Of a stretch of DNA of 64,000 nucleotides, positions 56,110 through 64,000 are shown one piece after another. Source of the stretch: Candidatus Latescibacterota bacterium (GTDB taxonomy: Bacteria; Latescibacterota; UBA2968; GCA-2709665); contig OZ244937.1 of NCBI GenBank assembly GCA_965222075.1, positions 2,912,001-2,976,000 on the forward strand. Reading direction: 5' to 3'. The number at the start of each line of letters is the position of its first letter. The stretch's first letter is position 1. The notes under the pieces were generated by a model. The model did not search any database, was not told the DNA's origin, and saw only the letters and a program-made list of their open reading frames with translations. A program made the translations under genes and the position numbers.

Positions 56110-58725
56110 CTATAAATTGAAGCCGAATTTTCCGTACCAGAACGCGCCACCAAAACCAAATGGGCTAAACTGGCTGTACTTGTTGCCGGTCCTTTCGGCG
56201 GCTTTTTGATGTTCGTCGGGATAGGTATTGAGGACATTCTGCACGCCAATGGCTATCGCAGATCTATTATCAAATGAGATGCTGGTTTCAAGGTCAAACG
56301 TCGCCTTGCCATTATAGGTCTGATCATCTTCAGAATCGTACCAGGTGCCGAAGTAGTTGGCACGCCCCAGCACACCCCAACGACTCGTTAGGGATTGTGT
56401 CAGAGTTAGATTCCCGCGCTGCTTGGGAAGATTCTCCTCCAATTCTTTGATCCGGAGATCGTCCAGAATGTCCGGGTTGTATTCGGTAACTTCGGTGCCC
56501 GTGTAGTTATAGGCGATGCTCAGCGCGCCCAAACCCACCGGCGCTGAAAAAACGGCGTCAATCCCCCTGGTATGGGAGTTGAAATCATTGGTGAAGAAGC
56601 GGAACTCCTGCAGGCCGGCCGCACTGGTGATACCCTCCCTGATGAGCTGGTCTCTCTCTGTATCGGCAAGCGAGAAGTCTTGCGAGACCGTCAGGCGGCC
56701 CTTCACTCTGATGTCAAAGTAGTCGATGGTCATACTTGCCCTGCCCAGATCGACAACGAGGCCCGTAGAGAGGTTGTTGGACTTTTCAGCACCAAGAGGC
56801 TTGGCGCCCTTCAACTCGGCTGCGCGACTGGTGGAAGGGACCGTTCCGTTGTTCACCAGATCGTTCTTATCGAAGTTGAACTCCGTCGTTATATTGAAGG
56901 CATTTTGCTGGCCAGGAGTCGGCGCCTTGAAACCGGTGCTGTAACTACTGCGCACCCTCAGGTCGTCGGTAATGCCGAGGTTGGTGGCTATCTTGTAGTT
57001 GGAGGTGGCACCGAAGTCTTCGAAATTCTCATAGCGCAGAGCCACGTCAAGCAACCACCGGTTACTGGGCTGAAAATTCCCTTCCACATAGACGGCAGAG
57101 TTGGACCGATCCCATCTGCCGGCGGCCACCTTACTGAAACCCGAGAACCCATTGGTAGCTGGTTGAAATCCCTGGCTGGCCAACGGCTGGCCAATTATAT
57201 AAGACTCAATCTGTCCCTCCACGATCTCAAATGTTTCGGTTCGATATTCGAGACCCGTCGCGAAGAAAATCTGGTTGTTGACAGGGTACGTAATGCCGAG
57301 GTTCAGGTTGACGTCCGATTGGATATAGGAGCCAGGATCGAAATACGTCGGCGTAGCGGGACCCAGAGAGGCATTCACCGTGTTGAAGATGAAGTAGTCC
57401 GCCTCGTGACGGCCGTAGGATATGCTTAAGTCCCAACCCACCAACTCTTCTTTCCCAATACCAGTACCTTCAAGACCAAGCAGGATGGATTCATCCGTAG
57501 TGAATGCGCCGAATCGGGGCGTAAAACCACCGGGGAACATTTTCAGAAAAGAGAAGCAATTGGGGTCATCGCGAACCTTTAGCCAGGCATCGGGGTCCGG
57601 CTTGTTGTTGATGATGGGCACCTCGGCGCATTCACTGCCCTGACCCACGCCGTCCAAATCGCCAATTAGTAGTGATGGCAGCGTCTGGCCGTCTCTTTCT
57701 ATCGTAGGCCCCTTGAACACGCCACTGCGGGTATGGGGATTGCGGAAATAGAACCCGCCTTCCGTTTCCTTATTGGCATAGTTGGCGTGACCGTAGAAAT
57801 TGAGGCCCTCGCCAAGGGTGCCGCCGTAGTTGGCAAAGAATTTCAGGTCGTCTCGAATAAAAGGTTGCCCCCAGATTTGGGCGGGATTGGCCACATTGAT
57901 ATTGCCCGCGGCAATCAGATCGGCGGCATCATTGCGCTGCACCGAGCGGATGGTTTCACCCGAGTTGCCATATTCCAGGCTGAGGTTGGCCCAGGTGTTC
58001 TCATTGCCCAAGCCGATATTGAAAGCGGCCGTGAACAACTCACCATCGCCGAGGAATTTGCCCTCACCGTCCTGAAAACTGCCAAATTTGACCTCCGCAG
58101 AAATCCCTTCATAATTGTCTTTTAGACGGAAGTCCAATACGCCCGCAATGGCATCGGATCCATACTGCGCCGAGGCGCCGTCGCGGAGGACTTCCACCCG
58201 TTTGAGGGCAATTGACGGGATGACGGATATGTCGGGACCCTGCGCGCCATCAGATACGCCATTGCCCAGCCAGTGAATCACCGCAGCCCGATGGCGGCGC
58301 TTGCCGTTGACAAGTACCAGCGCGTGGTCGGGTGCCAGACTCCGCAGGTTGGGAGGCCGGACAACTGTTCCCGCATCGCTGATTGGCTGAGTGTTGACAT
58401 TGTAAGAGGGTATGATGTTTCTCATCAGATCGGATAAATCCGTGCCGCCTTGCTTGGCGATGTCTTTGCCCTCGACAATATCGACAGGCACTGCCGAATT
58501 CGTTACAGAACGTGGTTGCCCACGCGAACCGACCACCACTATTTTCCCGAGCTCCAACACTTCTTCTCCGAATATATCCTGCGGCTTGGCTGCGACGGAA
58601 GTTGAATCAGCGTCTGCGGGATGCTGAGTATCCTGCGACACGGCCACGGACACGACACTCATAGAAAGCGCTACCGCGATACCAAGTGCAAAAACAAGAG
58701 ACTTAAAACCAGGCCTGTGTTTCAT
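56110..58725 (-). CDS. TonB-dependent receptor
   Basis: Signal peptide, VVVGSR TonB-box region, LVLVNGKRRH, RVEVLRDGASAQYGSDAIAGV, beta-barrel C-terminus. Confidence 0.95.
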   Translation of the reverse strand: MKHRPGFKSLVFALGIAVALSMSVVSVAVSQDTQHPADADSTSVAAKPQDIFGEEVLELGKIVVVGSRGQPRSVTNSAVPVDIVEGKDIAKQGGTDLSDLMRNIIPSYNVNTQPISDAGTVVRPPNLRSLAPDHALVLVNGKRRHRAAVIHWLGNGVSDGAQGPDISVIPSIALKRVEVLRDGASAQYGSDAIAGVLDFRLKDNYEGISAEVKFGSFQDGEGKFLGDGELFTAAFNIGLGNENTWANLSLEYGNSGETIRSVQRNDAADLIAAGNINVANPAQIWGQPFIRDDLKFFANYGGTLGEGLNFYGHANYANKETEGGFYFRNPHTRSGVFKGPTIERDGQTLPSLLIGDLDGVGQGSECAEVPIINNKPDPDAWLKVRDDPNCFSFLKMFPGGFTPRFGAFTTDESILLGLEGTGIGKEELVGWDLSISYGRHEADYFIFNTVNASLGPATPTYFDPGSYIQSDVNLNLGITYPVNNQIFFATGLEYRTETFEIVEGQIESYIIGQPLASQGFQPATNGFSGFSKVAAGRWDRSNSAVYVEGNFQPSNRWLLDVALRYENFEDFGATSNYKIATNLGITDDLRVRSSYSTGFKAPTPGQQNAFNITTEFNFDKNDLVNNGTVPSTSRAAELKGAKPLGAEKSNNLSTGLVVDLGRASMTIDYFDIRVKGRLTVSQDFSLADTERDQLIREGITSAAGLQEFRFFTNDFNSHTRGIDAVFSAPVGLGALSIAYNYTGTEVTEYNPDILDDLRIKELEENLPKQRGNLTLTQSLTSRWGVLGRANYFGTWYDSEDDQTYNGKATFDLETSISFDNRSAIAIGVQNVLNTYPDEHQKAAERTGNKYSQFSPFGFGGAFWYGKFGFNL

Positions 58726-59028
58726 ACAAACCCCTTTCTTATTTTCTTCCTGAAAATATTCTTGAAAAATGTCAAAAACAATAATACGAAAAATTCCTCT
58801 ACAAACCAAGTGTTTTTTAGCCTGATTCTGGTGCCTGCGCGTGGATAACAGCAAATTTCAAAGGGCATTTCCGTGAACGCGTCGGAGAAATTCTGCTTGC
58901 TATCGCCGCATGGGAGCAGTACGTTACCCAAAATCAGGGATCAGAGATCAGGGGTCGGTTAAACAAGAATTGATTCACTGATTCCTTCTGCCGTCTCACA
59001 GTTCGCGTCTCACCATTTTGGAGTGCCT

Positions 59029-60168
59029 ATGTCCGGCAACCCCATCCTCATCATTGACGGCCACCTCGACATGGCCTTCAACGCCCTCTTTTACCGGCGC
59101 GACCTCACCCGGCCTGTTCGCGTCCTGCGGGAGCGGGAAGACAGCGTGCGGTCCGGCATCTCTCAGCACGCCGATTCACTGGAAAGGCGGCAGGGGCCTC
59201 AGAGGGTGAACTACACCGTCACCGTCTCCCTCCCTGAAATGCGCAAGGGGCATGTGGGCATTATGCTCTCCACCATCATGGCCCGCGTGCAGGTCCCAGG
59301 CAACGCATCCCACAACTCGGTGCGCACCCAGGGCGTGGCTTACGCCCGCGGACAGAGCCACCTGCATTACTACAAGGCGCTCGAACGCGAAGGGGAGATC
59401 GCCTTTATCAAAACCGTTGAAGACTTGGATGCCTGCGTCGCTGCCTGGGAAAACCCCACCCCCCAAACCCCAATCGGCCTCATCCTCACCATGGAAAGCG
59501 CCGACCCCATCCTCGGTCCCGATCAGGTCCCCAAATGGTGGGAGGCCGGCCTCCGGTCGGTCTCCCTCACCCATTTCGGGGCCAACACCTACGGCCACGG
59601 CACCGGCACGGTCGGCGGCCTCTATCCCCCTGCGTACCCTTTGATGGACGCCCTAAAGGAAACGGACATTATCCTCGACCTCACCCACGCCTCCGACCTC
59701 GCCTTCTGGCAGATCCTGGACTACTGGGACGGACCCGTCCACGCCAGCCACTGCAACTGCCGCGCCCTCGTCCCCGGCCAGCGCCACCTCAGCGATGATA
59801 TGATCAAAGCCATCACCGAACGCGGCGGCGTCATCGGCATGGTCTTCGCCGAGCAGATGCTCAGCCCCACCTGGAACTGGGACGACCCCGGCACCCACTA
59901 CGCAACGGCCACCCGTCCCATGAAGGCCGTGCTGGAGCACATGGATCACATCTGCGAACTCACCGGCAGCACCGACCACATCGCGTTCGGAACCGACCTG
60001 GACGGAGGCTTCGGACTGGAGCTTTCTCCCACAGACTACAACACCATCGACGACCTGCAGCGCTTCCTGAACATCCTCCGAAACTCGGGATACACCGAAG
60101 AAGACGTGGCCAAATTTGCCCATGGCAACCTGATACGCCTCTTTAAAAACGCCTGGAGGGCCGCCTGA
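59029..60168 (+). CDS. Membrane dipeptidase (M19) family protein
   Basis: DGHLD, MESAD, DLTH, ASHCN, GTDLDGG, GNL. Confidence 0.92.
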   Translation: MSGNPILIIDGHLDMAFNALFYRRDLTRPVRVLREREDSVRSGISQHADSLERRQGPQRVNYTVTVSLPEMRKGHVGIMLSTIMARVQVPGNASHNSVRTQGVAYARGQSHLHYYKALEREGEIAFIKTVEDLDACVAAWENPTPQTPIGLILTMESADPILGPDQVPKWWEAGLRSVSLTHFGANTYGHGTGTVGGLYPPAYPLMDALKETDIILDLTHASDLAFWQILDYWDGPVHASHCNCRALVPGQRHLSDDMIKAITERGGVIGMVFAEQMLSPTWNWDDPGTHYATATRPMKAVLEHMDHICELTGSTDHIAFGTDLDGGFGLELSPTDYNTIDDLQRFLNILRNSGYTEEDVAKFAHGNLIRLFKNAWRAA

Positions 60169-61253
60169 TGCCCGACAATCCCATGCTTATCGTAGACAGC
60201 CACCTCGACCTGGCCTTCAGCGCCATCCAGGTCAACCGGGACCTCACCCAGCCCGCGGCCGCCGTGCGCATCCACGACCCCGAATCGGTCATGCGCAGCT
60301 TTGGGAGCTGCACCGTCACCTTCCCCGAACTCCGAAAGGGCCGCGTCGGCATCGTCTTCGGCACCGTTATGTCCCGCCTGGATCCCAACGACCACTGGAC
60401 CCGCACCGGCATGTACTGTCAGACCCAGTGTCACGGCGTCGGACGCGGGCACCTCGCCTACTACCAGGCCCTGGAACGGGAGGGCGTCATCCGCTTCATC
60501 CGAAACACGGCTGACCTCGAGGAGGTCGCCGCTGCCTGGGAGGACCCGGCGCCCGACACCCCCATCGGCCTGGTGCTTGCCATGGAAAGCGCCGACCCCA
60601 TCCTGGATCCCGACCAGGTCCCCGAATGGTACGACCTGGGCCTGCGCATGGTCAGCATCTCCCACTACGGCACCAGTGCCTATTCCCACGGCACCGGCAC
60701 CGAAGGCGGCGTTCTCCCCACAGCCAAACCGCTCCTCAACGCCCTGGGTGAAGCCGGCATCGTTGTGGATCTCACCCACACCACCGACCAGGCCTTCTAT
60801 GAGATCCTGGACCTCTACGACGGCCCCGTCGTCGCTTCCCACCACAACTGCCGCGCCCTCGTCCCCGGCCAGCGCCAGCTTACCGACGACATGGTCAACG
60901 CCATTGTCCAAAGAGGCGGCGTCATCGGCGCGGCCTTCGACGCCTGGATGCTCGACCCGGGCTGGAGGCGCGAGGTCCCCTGCTATGAACAGACCACAAA
61001 AGCCACCCTCGAAACCGTCGCCGACCACATCGACCACGTCTGCCAGCTCGCCGGCAATGCCCGGCACGCGGGCATCGGCACCGACCTGGACGGCGGCTTC
61101 GGCCAGGAACAGTCGCCCAGAGATCTCAACACCATCGCCGACCTCCAGAACCTCCGTGACATCTTCGACCGCCGGGGATATTCGGAAGAGGACGCGCGGG
61201 ATATTTTCTCGCGGAACTGGATTCGGTTTTTAAAGAAAACGTGGACCCACTGA
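60168..61253 (+). CDS. Membrane dipeptidase (M19) family protein, tandem paralog
   Basis: DSHLD, MESAD, DLTH, ASHHN, GTDLDGG; TGATG overlap with the upstream gene. Confidence 0.92.
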   Translation: MPDNPMLIVDSHLDLAFSAIQVNRDLTQPAAAVRIHDPESVMRSFGSCTVTFPELRKGRVGIVFGTVMSRLDPNDHWTRTGMYCQTQCHGVGRGHLAYYQALEREGVIRFIRNTADLEEVAAAWEDPAPDTPIGLVLAMESADPILDPDQVPEWYDLGLRMVSISHYGTSAYSHGTGTEGGVLPTAKPLLNALGEAGIVVDLTHTTDQAFYEILDLYDGPVVASHHNCRALVPGQRQLTDDMVNAIVQRGGVIGAAFDAWMLDPGWRREVPCYEQTTKATLETVADHIDHVCQLAGNARHAGIGTDLDGGFGQEQSPRDLNTIADLQNLRDIFDRRGYSEEDARDIFSRNWIRFLKKTWTH

Positions 61254-61282
61254 GCGGTCAATACCTTTGAGCAAGTCCGGAT

Positions 61283-62764
61283 ATGGAGAACGCGCCCGTG
61301 CCCAGCCGACCCAACCTCATCCTCATCACCACCGACCAGCAGCGCGGCGACTGTCTCGGTTGCGACGGGCATCCCGTCCTGGAAACCCCCTATCTGGACG
61401 AACTGGCCGAAGGGGGCGCCCGCTTTCCCCACGCCTACACCTCCGTCCCGTCCTGCACCCCGGCCCGGGCCGCCATCTTAACCGGCATGGACCAGTGGAA
61501 CCACGGTCGCCTCACCATGACCGGGGCCGACGCGCTCGAATACCCGGCCACTCTACCCGGTGAACTCGCAAAAGCCGGCTACCACACCCAGGCCGTGGGC
61601 AAAATGCACTTCCATCCCCAGCGCAAACTCTACGGCTTCCACCACATGGTCCTGGACGAAAGCGCCCGTCGCATCGGCAATTTCATCAGCGACTACCACC
61701 TCTGGTTCGACGAGCACAGGGAGGGCGCCTACGGCTACCGGGACCACAGCGTCGACTGGAACTCCTGGATGGGCCGTCCCACGCACCTGCCCGAACACCT
61801 CCACCCCACCCACTGGACCGCGGGCGAAGGCATCCGCTTCCTCCAGCAGCGCGATCCCACCAAACCCTTCTTCCTCTGGCTCTCCTTCGCCCGGCCCCAC
61901 TCCCCCTATGATCCGCCCCAGACCTATTATGATATGTATATCAATAATCCCGACATCCCCAAACCCGCCATCGGCGGCTGGGCCGCCCTCTACGATAAAA
62001 AGATCGCCGACGTGAACGCCCCCCGAACGAACCGCACCGACGCGGAAGTCCACCGGGCCAGAGCCGCGTATTACGGCAACATCACCTTTATCGACCACCA
62101 GATCGGCCGCGTCCTCTACGAACTCCGGCGGCACGACCGCGGAACCTTTGCCAACACCCTCATCCTCTTCACCTCCGACCACGGCGACATGATGGGCGAC
62201 CATTATCACTGGCGAAAAACCTACGCCTACGAAGGCTCCGCCCGCATCCCCTTCCTGATGAAGTATCCCGACGCCTGGACCTTCGACCGCAACCGGGCCC
62301 TCCACCAACCGGTCGAACTCCGCGACCTCATGCCCACCTTCCTGGATGCCGCCGGCCTGGACATTCCCGAATCGGTCGACGGCCAGAGCCTCCTCGACCT
62401 CTCGCGGGGGAAAACCGACACCTGGCGGACGTTCGTCCAGGGCGAACACACCACCTGCTACGACAAAGAGCACGGCATGCAGTACGTGACCGACGGCCGC
62501 GAAAAATATATCTGGTTCCACCACACCGGAAAAGAACAGTTCTTCGACCTCGACACGGATCCCCTGGAATGCCACGACCTCGCGGACCATCCCGCCCACC
62601 GATCCCGCGTGGAACGCTGGCGAAAGCGCCTGGCCGGAATCAACGAAGAGCGCGGCGACCCCCGGGGTCAAAACAGCACCCTCGTCCCCCAGCCAGACGG
62701 CGCCCTCACCCTCTCGCCCAACTATCAAAGATGGAAAGAACGGGCCGAGGAACTGATGGAGTAA
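61283..62764 (+). CDS. Arylsulfatase-like sulfatase
   Basis: TTDQQRGD, CTPAR, GKMH, PHSPYDPP, TSDHG. Confidence 0.94.
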   Translation: MENAPVPSRPNLILITTDQQRGDCLGCDGHPVLETPYLDELAEGGARFPHAYTSVPSCTPARAAILTGMDQWNHGRLTMTGADALEYPATLPGELAKAGYHTQAVGKMHFHPQRKLYGFHHMVLDESARRIGNFISDYHLWFDEHREGAYGYRDHSVDWNSWMGRPTHLPEHLHPTHWTAGEGIRFLQQRDPTKPFFLWLSFARPHSPYDPPQTYYDMYINNPDIPKPAIGGWAALYDKKIADVNAPRTNRTDAEVHRARAAYYGNITFIDHQIGRVLYELRRHDRGTFANTLILFTSDHGDMMGDHYHWRKTYAYEGSARIPFLMKYPDAWTFDRNRALHQPVELRDLMPTFLDAAGLDIPESVDGQSLLDLSRGKTDTWRTFVQGEHTTCYDKEHGMQYVTDGREKYIWFHHTGKEQFFDLDTDPLECHDLADHPAHRSRVERWRKRLAGINEERGDPRGQNSTLVPQPDGALTLSPNYQRWKERAEELME

Positions 62765-62810
62765 ACCGGACCCGGCCAACAATCCACCCCCATCCAAAAA
62801 GAGGCCCCCC

Positions 62811-63884
62811 ATGGCGTCCCGAAAGAGATTTCACTTCTCCCCCTCCCTTCACCACGGGCACCTCCTGAAACAGACCCAACAGGCCCTGGCCTACAAAGGC
62901 GGCGACGTCAAAACCTGGCAGCGTAAACTCCGTCGCAAACTCCGCGAACTGGTCGGCGAGATGCCCGATGAACCGGTTCCGCTCAACGTCCGGACCCTGT
63001 GGAAGCGGGACCACCCCCTCGGCGCCATCGAAAAGATCGTCTTCACCAGCGAGCCTTACGCCGACGTCCCCGCCTTCCTCTGCCTCCCGAAAAATGCAGC
63101 CCCCCCCTACACCACCTTCGTCTGCGTCCAGGGCCACTCCACCGGCATGCACAACTCCATCCGCGTAGACCGGGACGACAATACCCAGCCGATTGACGTC
63201 CCCGGCGACCGCGACTTCGGCCTCCTCTGCATGGAGCAGGGCATCGCCGCCCTCTGCATTGAACAGCGCTCCTTCGGTGAGCGGAGGGAACGCGACCAGA
63301 AAAAAACCGCCCGCCACGGCTGCCAGGACGCCACCATGCACGCCCTCATGCTCGGCCGCACCCTCATCGGCGAACGGGTCTACGACGTGGACCGCGGCAT
63401 CGACTACCTCAAAGCCCGGGGCGAGACCGACATGAACCGCATCGGGATCATGGGCAACTCTGGCGGCGGCACCATCAGCCTCTTCGCCGCCGCCCTCCTG
63501 CCCCGGATCCGGTATGCCATGCCCTCCTGCTACTTCTGTACCTTCAAAGACTCCATCATGTCGATCGGCCACTGCGTGGACAACTACCTCCCCCGCCTTC
63601 TCAAATACGCTGAAATGCCCGACGTCATGGGCCTCTTCGCCCCCAGACCGGTCGTCCTGGTGGCAGGCAAAGAGGACGGCATCTTCCCTATCGCCGGCGT
63701 CCGCAAAGCCTTCAGACACCTGAAAACCATCTACGCCGCCGCGGGCGCGGCCGGCCGGTGCCACCTCGTCGTGGGAGGGGAAGGGCACCGCTTCTACGCC
63801 AAAGAGGCCTGGCCTGAGATGCTGAAAGAGATCGCGCCGAAAGAAGGGAACGAAGCGCCATGCCGAAAAAATACTGGCTCATGA
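62811..63884 (+). CDS. Alpha/beta hydrolase (acetylxylan esterase/dienelactone hydrolase-like)
   Basis: QGH, GNSGGG nucleophile elbow, GKEDGIF, EGHRF. Confidence 0.9.
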   Translation: MASRKRFHFSPSLHHGHLLKQTQQALAYKGGDVKTWQRKLRRKLRELVGEMPDEPVPLNVRTLWKRDHPLGAIEKIVFTSEPYADVPAFLCLPKNAAPPYTTFVCVQGHSTGMHNSIRVDRDDNTQPIDVPGDRDFGLLCMEQGIAALCIEQRSFGERRERDQKKTARHGCQDATMHALMLGRTLIGERVYDVDRGIDYLKARGETDMNRIGIMGNSGGGTISLFAAALLPRIRYAMPSCYFCTFKDSIMSIGHCVDNYLPRLLKYAEMPDVMGLFAPRPVVLVAGKEDGIFPIAGVRKAFRHLKTIYAAAGAAGRCHLVVGGEGHRFYAKEAWPEMLKEIAPKEGNEAPCRKNTGS

Positions 63885-64000
63885 AATGCGAATATGACGA
63901 ATGCACCTTTGACGAACTCAAAGCCAGACCCGACCGCATCGGCCGCTGGCGCGGCGTGCGTAACTATCAGGCCCGCAACTTCATCCGGGACGAAATGAGA
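63860..64000 (+). CDS. EVE domain protein, 3'-truncated by the window edge (not in the ORF track)
   Basis: MPKKYWLMKCEY...WRGVRNYQARNFIRDEM matches the EVE signature YWLxKxE...WxGVRNYQARN. Confidence 0.9.
   Translation, partial: MPKKYWLMKCEYDECTFDELKARPDRIGRWRGVRNYQARNFIRDEMR

Noticed and set aside
58730-58920. Cobalamin or TPP riboswitch ahead of the TonB-dependent receptor
   Set aside because: There is an imperfect hairpin near 58850-58900, but I could not find a B12 box or TPP consensus.
1-64000. CRISPR arrays, tRNA/rRNA, prophage, defence systems, reverse transcriptase or DGR
   Set aside because: I saw no repeat-spacer arrays, cloverleafs or hallmark genes.

Overview
A GC-rich bacterial chromosomal segment of about 50 genes, running from the 3' part of gltB to the 5' part of an EVE-domain gene. 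I saw no rRNA, tRNA or CRISPR array. The gene content (five PhyH-family dioxygenases, two sulfatases, Gfo/Idh/MocA and enolase-superfamily enzymes, GWxTD, many TPR proteins, TonB/TBDR) suggests a diderm heterotroph, perhaps Latescibacterota- or Poribacteria-like; this taxonomy is inference only. The main points are: (1) an uncharacterised 8-kb envelope operon encoding a membrane-anchored pentaheme cytochrome c-TPR protein and two CRTAC1/ASPIC-UnbV FG-GAP proteins; (2) several 'collapsed' genes that keep their ends and reading frame but appear to have lost their middles; (3) a PhyH paralog that has lost all its Fe/2OG ligands, next to an intact sister gene; (4) a scrambled island at 19.7-24.4 kb with an IS4 relic hit by a stacked CAGGCAGG mini-element, a CTNAG-flanked MITE and a GWxTD gene with inverted strand skew; (5) a partner-switching cascade with a double-STAS protein and no sigma factor; (6) two candidate structured 5' leaders; (7) apparent CTAG avoidance with an excess of TTAG. 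All family calls come from motif recognition by eye; no database search was run.
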